From assembly GCA_029269845.2 (NCBI GenBank), contig CP149973.1:2130001-2162000 (forward strand): a DNA stretch of 32,000 bases, read 5' to 3'. The stretch is from Opitutia bacterium KCR 482. Lineage in GTDB: Bacteria; Verrucomicrobiota; Verrucomicrobiia; Opitutales; Intestinicryptomonadaceae. Positions 12,119-20,682 of this stretch are shown piece after piece (position 1 is the first letter of the stretch; each line of letters starts with the position of its first letter). Made by a program: the position numbers and the translations under genes. The notes under the pieces were generated by a model. The model had not been told where the DNA came from, searched no databases, and saw nothing but the letters and a program-made list of their open reading frames with translations.

Positions 12119-14638
12119 ATGACCGCAGTCGTTAATATAGTGGGGAAATGTGCTCTTTGGGCGTTGCTTGTTTTAGGTATGCCGCAGCTTTTCGGTTCGG
12201 AGAGCCTGCAACAAATAATAGATTCGGCGGCGGGGCGCGGCGAAAAGCGCGTCGAGCTTTCGGGGCGGTATTTTGTGGAGAAGCCGCTTGTTCTTACGGA
12301 AAAACATTCCGGGCTTACGCTCGACGGCGGCGGCAAAACCGTCGTAAGCGGCGGCGCGAAAATCTCGGGCTGGACGCGCGACGGAAAATTCCTGAAAGCG
12401 CGGGTTGATGCCGACAAAGTCGAGTCGCTTTTCGTAAACGGTCAGCGCGCAAACCGCGCTGAAACCGCGTTGAAGCACGTCTATGATAGGGGAGATTCGA
12501 CAATCATCATGCGCAACGAGGATATACTCGAACTCCTCGAACTTCCGCGCGAAAGATATTCCGAAGTGCTCGTCGATTTTTACGCGGCTTGGATAAACGC
12601 CCATTGCAGACTTCTCGATATAACGCGCAATCCCGACGGAAAGACGGCTACGCTGAAAGTCCGCAACCCCCTGCCGATTCCGCTTTCCAAGTGGGACAAA
12701 AATCCGAGGCTGCGCGTCGGAAACATTTTCGCCGCGCTCGACAAACGGGGCGGATTCTATTTCGACTCCCTCGGCAAAACACTCTGGTACTACCCGCGCG
12801 ACGGCGAGACGCCCGAAAACATTTCGGCGTATTATCCCGTGGCGACTCGCATTTTGTCGGCTTGCGGGAAGTCGCCCAAGAATCCGCTTTCGGGGCTTGC
12901 GATTCGCGGAATCGCTTTCGAGCACTCCGCGCACAATCCGCCCGCAAACTGGCGTCAGAACACGCAGGCTACGGTTTCGCTCGGCGGCGCGCTGTATTTC
13001 GACTGCGTCGAAAATTTTAAATTCGAAAACAACACCGTGCGCCACACCAACACCTACGGGCTTGAAGTCGGGCACGGCTCGAAGAACGTCAGGATTTCGC
13101 AAAACGAATTTTTCGACAACGGCGCGGGCGGCATAAAAATAGGCGTCGATCCGCGGCGGAAGCTTGCGCACACGCAAAACGTGGAGGTTTCCGACAACAT
13201 AATATACTCCTACGGACGCCACGACAAAGCGGGTGTCGGCATAATCTACATGGACGCAAGCGACGTGCGGCTTTCCCACAATACGATTTTCGACGGGCAC
13301 TATTCGGGCATTTCGGGCGGCTGGACATGGGGCTTTGCGCCCACAAACACCCGAAACAACAAAATTTCCGACAATCGCATTTTCGAAATCGGACGCGGTC
13401 TGCTTTGCGACATGGGCGGAATCTATACGCTCGGCTCGCACAAAAATTCGTCGATTTCGGGCAACGAAATAAGCGGCGTCTACCCGCACCGCTACGGCGG
13501 CTGGGGCATCTACAACGACGAGGGCAGCGCGGATTTCATTGTCGAAAAAAACTACGTCCACAACACGTCGGAGGAGGGCTACCACCAGCATTACGGCAAA
13601 AACAACACGGTGCGCAACAACATATTCGCGTACGGCTCGTCGGCGCAAGTCGCGTTGACGAGGCTCGGCGAAAAATATCCCGACGAGCTTGTGTACGAGC
13701 GCAATGTGGTCGTCTACCGCCCGCCCGCAGAGCTTTTCCGCAACGGCAAAAACATAATCACGCGCCTGAACGGAAAATTCGCAAGCAACCTTTACTGGAA
13801 AACGGACGGCACGCCCGATTTCTTCGGAATGCCGCTCGAAAAATGGCAGTCGAAATACGGTCAGGACAAAGGCTCGATAATCGCAAATCCCGAACTTAAA
13901 AACGGCATTCCGCAAAGCGATGTCGTTAAGAAAATCGGCTTCGTCCCATTCGACACTTCGAAAGCGGGAGTGCGCGGAAAAATGAAAGCGCGACTCGCGG
14001 AAATCATGCGCACATACGAGATTTCGCCCGTCGAGCAAATCGACGTGCAGCCGCCATTTACGCGCGAATTTTCCGAAGACCTCTCGCAGACTCTCATCGG
14101 CTTCAAGCCGACTCTGCCGACGGTTTTCTCGAAAAACAACGGCTTTGACGTCGCTGTCCTCGCCGACGAAAGCGGGCGTTTTGTGCGCTACATAGACTCA
14201 ATTCAGACTCCGAGCTATCTGCCCAATTCAAACTACAATATCCAGCTTGGGGACGGCGCAACCGCCCTTCTTTCGTTCGAAATCCGCGTGAACAAAACTT
14301 CGACATTCTTTGTCGAATGCCGTGGCGACACTGGCTATTCTGGACCGATGTTCTCGGTGAAAAACGGCTCGCTTTCGATAGACGGGCGCACCGTAAAACT
14401 TCCGCAAGGCAAGTGGCTTCGCGTAGAAATGACGTTCAGGACGGGCTCGGACAAATCGTATACCGTGAAAGTTTTCGACGGCGCGAAAACGCTCTTCGAC
14501 GGGCGTATTCCCCAGTACCGCGCAGCCGCGGCAACTACGTTCTCCCAAATCGTGGTTGCGCAGACGTCTGATTCCGACGGCGCGTACTTCGACATTCGCA
14601 GGCTTTCTTTCGGCGAATTGAAGGAGTCGGCGAAATAG
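12119..14638 (+). CDS. Secreted right-handed parallel beta-helix repeat protein with a C-terminal jelly-roll-like domain (paralog A); putative polysaccharide lyase or glycosidase
   Basis: 839 aa. Signal-peptide-like N-terminus (VGKCALWALLVLGMPQLFG). Beta-helix-type repeats (NEFFDNGAGGIKIG, SHNTIFDGHYSGISGGWTWGF, YGGWGIYNDEGS). Paralogous to the 16998-19553 gene. Confidence 0.85.
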   Translation: MTAVVNIVGKCALWALLVLGMPQLFGSESLQQIIDSAAGRGEKRVELSGRYFVEKPLVLTEKHSGLTLDGGGKTVVSGGAKISGWTRDGKFLKARVDADKVESLFVNGQRANRAETALKHVYDRGDSTIIMRNEDILELLELPRERYSEVLVDFYAAWINAHCRLLDITRNPDGKTATLKVRNPLPIPLSKWDKNPRLRVGNIFAALDKRGGFYFDSLGKTLWYYPRDGETPENISAYYPVATRILSACGKSPKNPLSGLAIRGIAFEHSAHNPPANWRQNTQATVSLGGALYFDCVENFKFENNTVRHTNTYGLEVGHGSKNVRISQNEFFDNGAGGIKIGVDPRRKLAHTQNVEVSDNIIYSYGRHDKAGVGIIYMDASDVRLSHNTIFDGHYSGISGGWTWGFAPTNTRNNKISDNRIFEIGRGLLCDMGGIYTLGSHKNSSISGNEISGVYPHRYGGWGIYNDEGSADFIVEKNYVHNTSEEGYHQHYGKNNTVRNNIFAYGSSAQVALTRLGEKYPDELVYERNVVVYRPPAELFRNGKNIITRLNGKFASNLYWKTDGTPDFFGMPLEKWQSKYGQDKGSIIANPELKNGIPQSDVVKKIGFVPFDTSKAGVRGKMKARLAEIMRTYEISPVEQIDVQPPFTREFSEDLSQTLIGFKPTLPTVFSKNNGFDVAVLADESGRFVRYIDSIQTPSYLPNSNYNIQLGDGATALLSFEIRVNKTSTFFVECRGDTGYSGPMFSVKNGSLSIDGRTVKLPQGKWLRVEMTFRTGSDKSYTVKVFDGAKTLFDGRIPQYRAAAATTFSQIVVAQTSDSDGAYFDIRRLSFGELKESAK

Positions 14639-14654
14639 CGCGACGCAGACGAGC

Positions 14655-15323
14655 TTAATAGTCTCGGCGTCCCAAGAACCACGCGACAATCATGGCGGAG
14701 GTCGTCGTAAAAAGTCCGACGCCCGCGAACATCAGGAAAATCCCCACAATGCGCCCCTCCGTTGTAATCGGGTTCAGCCCGCTTGCGCCGAGGGTGGTTA
14801 TCGTGTTTGCGCACCACCAGAGCGCGGCGTCGGCGTCGGTAATTTGCGCGTTCGGAACGTTGCGCTCGAACGACAGCACGAGCATTCCGCACACCGCCAT
14901 GCACGAAAACAGCATGGTTGCGACCGCCGCGAACCCGCTCTCGATTTTGTCCCTGAAAAAATATTCCGAAAGCCTCATCGACGCGCGGACTGCCCTCACC
15001 GCCCTTACGATTTTTAGCGCGGCGAAAAGCCGTCCCCAGCGCAGGGGCGCGACGTTGGGTATGCACGAGACAATGTCAATCCAGCCGTATTTCAGGAAGG
15101 CGATTCTGTCGGGGGCGGCGAGCCACCTCATGATTGCGTCGGCGAGAAAAAACGCGCACGACACCGTGTCGCCGTAGCGGAGGTATCTTGAAAGCTCCGA
15201 ATCCTGCGGCGACGCGTATCCGTAGACGAGCGCGAACACCACATACGCCGACAAAAACAGAATCAGCGCGTTCCACGCCCCGCGCGGCTCCCATTTTGCC
15301 CGCCTTTCTTCGGCAGTTGTCAT
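14655..15323 (-). CDS. Compact 6TM voltage-sensor-type ion channel (Ion_trans family) with a non-canonical pore signature
   Basis: 222 aa, ATG start. S4-like LKIVRAVRAVRASMRL has a basic residue at every third position. The pore region WWCANTITTLGASGLNPITTEG aligns to the K-channel T-x-T-T-V-G-Y-G-D-x-x-P-x-T pattern but has GAS in place of GYG. Confidence 0.8.
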   Translation of the reverse strand: MTTAEERRAKWEPRGAWNALILFLSAYVVFALVYGYASPQDSELSRYLRYGDTVSCAFFLADAIMRWLAAPDRIAFLKYGWIDIVSCIPNVAPLRWGRLFAALKIVRAVRAVRASMRLSEYFFRDKIESGFAAVATMLFSCMAVCGMLVLSFERNVPNAQITDADAALWWCANTITTLGASGLNPITTEGRIVGIFLMFAGVGLFTTTSAMIVAWFLGRRDY

Positions 15324-15389
15324 GGGTGTTTTATCGGTCTATTCGGCGCAGGCTTAACGCGGACGGGGAGGGCGGCGGAGGGCGTGGGC

Positions 15390-15422
15390 AAAAAAATCCG
15401 CGCGGTTTGAAGCCAGCGCGGA
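15390..15422 (-). terminator. Rho-independent terminator after nhaD
   Basis: On the minus strand, stem tccgcgc / gcgcgga (plus-strand 15397-15403 and 15416-15422) with a 12-nt loop, followed by a 7-U tract (plus-strand A-run 15390-15396). It lies 32 nt after the nhaD stop. Confidence 0.7.
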
Positions 15423-15453
15423 GTTTCGGAATTTGCGTTTTCGGAAAACCCAA

Positions 15454-16878
15454 TCAGCCGAAAATCGCGTTTTGCGCGGCGTAGACCAGAATGCCCGAAA
15501 TGTAGCCCAAGAACGCCAGAAACGAAATGTTCTTTGCGTACCACATGAACGTGATTTTTTCCAAGCCCATCACGATTACGCCCGCCGCAGAACCTATGAT
15601 TAGCATGCTTCCGCCGACCCCCGCGCAGTACGCGAGCGTCTGCCAGAAAATGCCGTCCTGCGCAAAGTTCGCAAGGTAGGCGGCGTTTTTGGCGTTCGCG
15701 AGTGCGTCGGCGGCCGGAATGGAGTACGCGCCCATTGCGCCCGCAACGAGCGGAACGTTGTCCACAATGGCGGAGAGCATGCCGATAATCGTGTTGATTA
15801 TGTACGCGTTGCTTACGTTTTTGTCGAGAAATTCGGAGACTGTTTTGAGCACGCCCGCGCTTTGGAGCGCGGCAACCGCCATCAGAATGCCGATGAAAAA
15901 CAGGATTGTCGTGATGTCGATTCTGCCGATGATGTTTTGTATTCTAAGCTGTTCTGCGGGGGCGATGTTCTTTTTGCCGTTGTAGATTATTTCGACCAGA
16001 ATCCAGATGAGTCCGAGCGCAAGCAGCACGCCCGCGAATGGCGGAAGCCCCGTGAGCGCCTTGAAAATCGGCACGCAGACGAACGCCGAAATGCCGACAA
16101 CAAGTATCGCCGTGCGCTCGCGCAGGCTCATCGGCTCGCGCGAGGATTTTTCCGCCGCGGGTTTGGGCTTTTGCGCCGCGCCCGAATCGAGCATTTTCGA
16201 AACTATCGCAAGCGGCACGAGCATCGAGGCGAGCGCGGGCAGGAAGAGGTCGCGGAGGAGCGGGGCGGTGGTGACGTTTTCGGCAATCCAGAGCATGATT
16301 GTCGTGACGTCGCCCGTGGGAGTCCACGCGCCGCCGCTGTTTGCCGCGATTATCACAACGCTCGCAAAAAGCCACCTTTCCCTTTTGTCGCCGACGAGCT
16401 TTCTGAGCAGCATTGTCATTACGATTGCGGTCGTGAGGTTGTCGAGCACCGCCGACATGAAGAAGGTCATGAAAGCCAAAATCCAGAGGAGTCTGCGCTT
16501 GTTTGAAGTCGTGATTCTGTCGGTTATAACCGAGAATCCGCCGTGGACGTCGATAAGCTCGACAATCGTCATTGCGCCCATGAGGTAGAGGATAATCTGC
16601 GTGTAGTCGCCGAGGTACTCGACAATCTGGTAGTTGGCGACGAACTTCACCGCTTGTTTCGCCCTGCTGAGCGCGGAGAATTCGGGGTTCTCCGCGAGGA
16701 AGTGCTCGAAATTTTCGAGGTTTTCGCCGATGATTACGCCCGATCCACTGAACATGTACAAAATCCAGAGAGTCATGCCCAATAGAATTGCCGTTGCCGC
16801 CTTGTTAATCCCGATGTCGTGCTCTACCGCAATGCAGACGTATCCCACGACGAATGCTATAACCATCAAACTTACCAT
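15454..16878 (-). CDS. nhaD: Na+/H+ antiporter, NhaD family
   Basis: 474-aa polytopic membrane protein. N-terminus MVSLMVIAFVVGYVCIAVEHDIGINKAATAILLGMTLW matches the NhaD/ArsB-type permease start as I remember it. ATG start. Confidence 0.8.
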   Translation of the reverse strand: MVSLMVIAFVVGYVCIAVEHDIGINKAATAILLGMTLWILYMFSGSGVIIGENLENFEHFLAENPEFSALSRAKQAVKFVANYQIVEYLGDYTQIILYLMGAMTIVELIDVHGGFSVITDRITTSNKRRLLWILAFMTFFMSAVLDNLTTAIVMTMLLRKLVGDKRERWLFASVVIIAANSGGAWTPTGDVTTIMLWIAENVTTAPLLRDLFLPALASMLVPLAIVSKMLDSGAAQKPKPAAEKSSREPMSLRERTAILVVGISAFVCVPIFKALTGLPPFAGVLLALGLIWILVEIIYNGKKNIAPAEQLRIQNIIGRIDITTILFFIGILMAVAALQSAGVLKTVSEFLDKNVSNAYIINTIIGMLSAIVDNVPLVAGAMGAYSIPAADALANAKNAAYLANFAQDGIFWQTLAYCAGVGGSMLIIGSAAGVIVMGLEKITFMWYAKNISFLAFLGYISGILVYAAQNAIFG

Positions 16879-16957
16879 AAAAATTTCTTCTCAAACACAT
16901 GGGTTTATTTGAGTTGATTTTCGAGTCAACATTATAAGTTTAATTTTTGAATTTGTG

Positions 16958-16986
16958 TTGACATGGCGTGCTTGTTTTTGTAGGTT
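16958..16986 (+). promoter_or_regulatory. Candidate promoter of beta-helix gene B (short leader)
   Basis: TTGACA (16958-16963), a 17-nt spacer, then TAGGTT (16981-16986). The ATG is at 16998. The -10 box is weak. Confidence 0.2.
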
Positions 16987-16997
16987 TTTCTGTTGAC

Positions 16998-19553
16998 ATG
17001 AGAACATTGCTTATCGCATTGTGTGGCGTAGCCGTTTCGGGAATGGCGTTCGGAAACACGGGGAAATCCCTGTCCGAAATTCTCGAAAACGCGGCGGCGT
17101 CGGGGGAAAAATACATTAAATTGGAGGGCGAATTCCGCTTGGACAGACCCGTTAAAATCGGTTCGTCGCTCGGCGGCGCGACAATCGACGGCGGCGGCAA
17201 AACCGTCGTAAGCGGCGGAGAGCTTCTCACGGGCTGGGTTCGCGACGGCAAATTCCTGAAAACGAAAGCCGAAAATGTCGAGGCTCTCTTCGTCAACGGA
17301 GTCCGCGCAAACGCGGCGCAGGACGGCTTTTGCTTTTTTAATTCGCAGTACGGAAGAAACTCGTTCGTGGTGCGCAATGCCGACATCAAATCGCTCGACG
17401 GCGTGCCGCAAAACAAAATTTCGAACTCGTATCTCGACCTCTATTCGGTCTGGATGAACGCGCGCTGCAAAATTCTGCGCCTCGAAAGAAACCCCGACGG
17501 CTTGACCACTACGGTGTTCGTGGAAAATCCGTTTGCGGCGTCGTTTACGACGAACGACCTCCCGCCGGTCGAGCACAAATATTCGATGAATTTCATTCTC
17601 AGCAAGTGGGACAAAAACATGCGTTTCAGAGTGTCCAACGCTTTTGCCGCGCTCGACGAGGAGGGCGAATTCTATTTCGACGCCGCCGACAAAACCCTCT
17701 GGTATTACCCGCGCAATGGCGAGACGCCCGAAAATATCCGCGCGGTTTCCCCCAAGCTTTCGCGGCTTTTCGACATTTCGGGGGAATCGGCGGAAAAGCC
17801 CGTCAGAAACCTTACAATCAAGGGCATTACTTTCGAGCACTGCGGGCATTTCCCGACTCCCGACTGGCGGCAGTCGCCGCAGGCGGCGTTCTCGGTGCGC
17901 GGCGCGGTATTCGTGCAAAACGCCGAAAACTTCGCCTTCCTCAACAACACAGTGCGCTACACAAACAACTACGGCTTGGAGCTTAAAAACGGCGTAAACG
18001 GCGCAATAGTTGAGGGCAACGAATTTTTCGACAACGGCTGCGGCGGCGTGAGAATAGGCGACGCTCCGAATCCGAAACTTTCCAAAAACGACATCTCGCG
18101 CAACATAGCCGTGCGCGACAACATCATCTACCGCTACGGACGCTACGACAAGGCGGGCGTTGGCGTCCTCTACCTAGACGTCCACGACATCTCCGTGGAG
18201 CACAACACGATTTTCGACGGCTTCTACACAGGCGTTTCTGGCGGCTGGACATGGGGCTTTGCCCCCGCTAACACGGGCAACAACCGCATTGTTGGCAACC
18301 GCATTTTCAACATCGGCTTCGGCGTGCTCTGCGACATGGGCGGCATCTACACGCTCGGCGAGCACTTGGGCTCGGTCATCAGCGGCAACCACATCAACGG
18401 CGTCTACCGCCACCGCTACGGCGGCTGGGGCATCTACAACGACGAGGGCAGCCGCGGATTCGTCGTCGAAAACAACTATGTGCACGACGTCGCCGAGGAC
18501 AGCTACCACCAGCACTACGGCAAAAACAACACGGTTCGCAACAACGTATTTGTCTGCGGCGGAACTTCGCAAATCGCCCTCAGCAGGCTCGGCGAAAAAT
18601 ACCCCGACGAGCTTGTGTTCGAGCGCAACGTGGTGGTCTACCGCTCGCCCTCCGAGGTTTTCCGCAACGCCAAAAAGGTTATCACGCGCCTGAACGGAAA
18701 ATTCGCAAGCAACCTCTACTGGAAAGAGGACGGCACGCCCGACTTCTTCGGAATGCCGCTCGAAAAATGGCAGTCGGAATACGGTCAGGACAAAGGCTCG
18801 ATAATCGCCAATCCGAAGCTGAAAAACGGCATTCCGCAAAGCGATGTCGTGAAAAAAATCGGCTTCGTCCCGTTCGACACGTCCGACGCCGGCGCGCGCG
18901 GCGGCATGAAAAAACGCGCCGCCGAAATCCTCGACGGCTACGAATTTCCGCCCGTCCTCAACCTGCCGAAAACCCCGCTCTGGACAAAGGCGTTCTTAGA
19001 AGACTTCGGCGACGTCGAAGTCGGCGAACCCCCCTTGAAGGGCAGGATTTTCACGCAGGACGCCGATATTCGCGTTATGTCGGACTCCACAGGACGCTTC
19101 GCCCGCTACACCGACAAGGCGCGGTCTGACGGCAAAAATTTCCTTCCGTACATGCTGTATTCGGCAAGCCTCGCAAAGGCGGACACCGGTGCGCTTTCGT
19201 TCGAAATCCGCGTGAACAAAACTTCCACGTTCTCCGTGGAACTCAGAGGCAATACGGGCTTTGAAGGCCCTGCGTTCAAGGTATCCAACGGCAAGCTGAA
19301 AACCCCGAACGGGCTGCTCGACATTCCGCAGGGCAAGTGGCTGAAAGCGGAAATGGCGTTCAAGTTGGGTGCGGACAAATCGTACACGGTGTCTTTGCTT
19401 GACGGCGGCAAAAAGCTCTACGAGGCGAAGATTCCCGAATACAAAGCTGAGGCAATGTCGAGCTTCGGCGATATCTTGGTTATGCAAACATCGAACCGCG
19501 ACGGCGACACGTTCGATATTCGCAACATCGCATTCAAGCCGAAAAGTCGATAG
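16998..19553 (+). CDS. Secreted right-handed parallel beta-helix repeat protein with a C-terminal jelly-roll-like domain (paralog B)
   Basis: The ATG at 16998 gives MRTLLIALCGVAVSGMAFG (signal peptide). The track start at 16968 is a GTG with no better support. Same motif set as paralog A (GGGKTVVSGG, NEFFDNGCGGVRIG, YGGWGIYNDEGS, FEIRVNKTSTF). Confidence 0.85.
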   Translation: MRTLLIALCGVAVSGMAFGNTGKSLSEILENAAASGEKYIKLEGEFRLDRPVKIGSSLGGATIDGGGKTVVSGGELLTGWVRDGKFLKTKAENVEALFVNGVRANAAQDGFCFFNSQYGRNSFVVRNADIKSLDGVPQNKISNSYLDLYSVWMNARCKILRLERNPDGLTTTVFVENPFAASFTTNDLPPVEHKYSMNFILSKWDKNMRFRVSNAFAALDEEGEFYFDAADKTLWYYPRNGETPENIRAVSPKLSRLFDISGESAEKPVRNLTIKGITFEHCGHFPTPDWRQSPQAAFSVRGAVFVQNAENFAFLNNTVRYTNNYGLELKNGVNGAIVEGNEFFDNGCGGVRIGDAPNPKLSKNDISRNIAVRDNIIYRYGRYDKAGVGVLYLDVHDISVEHNTIFDGFYTGVSGGWTWGFAPANTGNNRIVGNRIFNIGFGVLCDMGGIYTLGEHLGSVISGNHINGVYRHRYGGWGIYNDEGSRGFVVENNYVHDVAEDSYHQHYGKNNTVRNNVFVCGGTSQIALSRLGEKYPDELVFERNVVVYRSPSEVFRNAKKVITRLNGKFASNLYWKEDGTPDFFGMPLEKWQSEYGQDKGSIIANPKLKNGIPQSDVVKKIGFVPFDTSDAGARGGMKKRAAEILDGYEFPPVLNLPKTPLWTKAFLEDFGDVEVGEPPLKGRIFTQDADIRVMSDSTGRFARYTDKARSDGKNFLPYMLYSASLAKADTGALSFEIRVNKTSTFSVELRGNTGFEGPAFKVSNGKLKTPNGLLDIPQGKWLKAEMAFKLGADKSYTVSLLDGGKKLYEAKIPEYKAEAMSSFGDILVMQTSNRDGDTFDIRNIAFKPKSR

Positions 19554-19581
19554 AGTGCAAAGTTTGCGCATTTTTGTCAAA

Positions 19582-19616
19582 CCCGCGCGGAGTTTTGCCT
19601 TGCGCGGGGTTTTTTT
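19582..19616 (+). terminator. Rho-independent terminator after beta-helix gene B
   Basis: Stem cccgcgc (19582-19588) / gcgcggg (19602-19608), followed by G and a 7-T run (19610-19616). Confidence 0.75.
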
Positions 19617-19622
19617 CGGCTT

Positions 19623-20528
19623 ATGATTTTCGGACATATGGAAAAAATCGACAGACGTAGTTTTATTTCAATGGTTTCGCGCTCGGCGGTTGCGGCGGGC
19701 GCGGTGCCAGCAATCCTCGCGGGCTGCGGACGAAAAAAGCCCGCATTTAAATTCAGCGCGTGCGACTGGACTTTGCACGCTTCGCACAGACCCAAGGCGT
19801 TCGAAACCGCCAAGTCAATCGGCTTGGACGGCGTTCAGGTCTCCGCGCCGTTTGCGCCAGCAAAGTTTTCCTCTCCGCAGAATATTGCGGCGTTCAAGGC
19901 GGCAATGGCGGCGACGGGCTTGCAGTGCTCCGGCACTGCCGCAATGCTCAACAACGCGCCATTTGTTTCGGCCGACGGCGCGGTCGAGTACACGATAGGC
20001 GCGGTGGAGGCCGCCGCCGCGCTCGGCGCGTCAGACGTGCTCGTTCCGTTCTACGGCAAGGCGAACATGCAGGGGAGCGACAAGCGCATTCGGGAGGAGC
20101 TTTTCAAGCCGCTCGTCGAAAGGTTGAAAGCGGTTGCGCCCGTCGCCGAAAAGCTCGGCGTAAACCTCAGCCTTGAAAATTCGCTTTGTGCCGACGACGA
20201 CATTCGCATAATCGAGGCTGTCGGAAGCCCCGCGGTCAAAGTGTATTTCGACATTTTCAACTTCCAGTACTACGGTTTCGAGACCGTCCCAGAAATGAGG
20301 AAACTCAAAGGTCTGATTGGGCAAATCCACCTGAAAGACAAGGGCCACAGGCTCGATTCCGGTTCGGGCTGCCCGCGCGACATGCGCGCGTGCCTCGACG
20401 CTATTCTCGAAGTCGGCTACGACGGCTGGCTTGTGTTTGAGCTTCACGGGCACAACCCCCAAAGGGACGGCGCAATGGAGGACGTTCTCAAACACAACTT
20501 GGACTTTGTAAAAAAATACTACGCGTAA
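19623..20528 (+). CDS. Sugar phosphate isomerase/epimerase family protein (xylose-isomerase-like TIM barrel) with a Tat signal and lipobox
   Basis: 301 aa. N-terminus MIFGHMEKIDRRSFISMVSRSAVAAGAVPAILAGCG has a twin-arginine motif (RRSFIS) and a lipobox (LAGC). The body has typical family blocks (LDGVQVS, LSLENS, IHLKD, WLVFE). An alternative ATG lies at 19638. Confidence 0.85.
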   Translation: MIFGHMEKIDRRSFISMVSRSAVAAGAVPAILAGCGRKKPAFKFSACDWTLHASHRPKAFETAKSIGLDGVQVSAPFAPAKFSSPQNIAAFKAAMAATGLQCSGTAAMLNNAPFVSADGAVEYTIGAVEAAAALGASDVLVPFYGKANMQGSDKRIREELFKPLVERLKAVAPVAEKLGVNLSLENSLCADDDIRIIEAVGSPAVKVYFDIFNFQYYGFETVPEMRKLKGLIGQIHLKDKGHRLDSGSGCPRDMRACLDAILEVGYDGWLVFELHGHNPQRDGAMEDVLKHNLDFVKKYYA

Positions 20529-20615
20529 AAAAAGCGCGCGGAATTTTGCCTACTGCGCGAAGATTTTGCGCGTAGCATTTATCCGACAACGCGGGGATTT
20601 TTTGCAAGTCGGCAC

Positions 20616-20652
20616 AAAAAAACGGGTCGTACGACCCGTTTTTTGTTTTTTT
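20616..20652. terminator. Bidirectional rho-independent terminator between convergent genes
   Basis: Stem cgggtc (20623-20628) / gacccg (20633-20638) with loop gtac. Flanked by A7 (20616-20622) upstream and TTTTTTGTTTTTTT (20639-20652) downstream. It can serve both the plus-strand TIM-barrel gene and the minus-strand oxidoreductase pair. Confidence 0.8.
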
Positions 20653-20682
20653 ATGCCCCTCAATGCGCTGGGCTTTAAGTTG

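Noticed and set aside
12173-14038. 621-aa minus-strand ORF, plus 16932-17918 and 18174-18839, antisense to the beta-helix genes
   Set aside because: Shadow ORFs. Their mutual similarity only mirrors the paralogy of the sense genes. They have no signal peptide or domain features of their own.
16968-16997. GTG start at 16968 for beta-helix gene B
   Set aside because: It adds MLVFVGFSVD ahead of a complete signal peptide and overlaps the putative -10 region. I preferred the ATG at 16998, but this is not proven.
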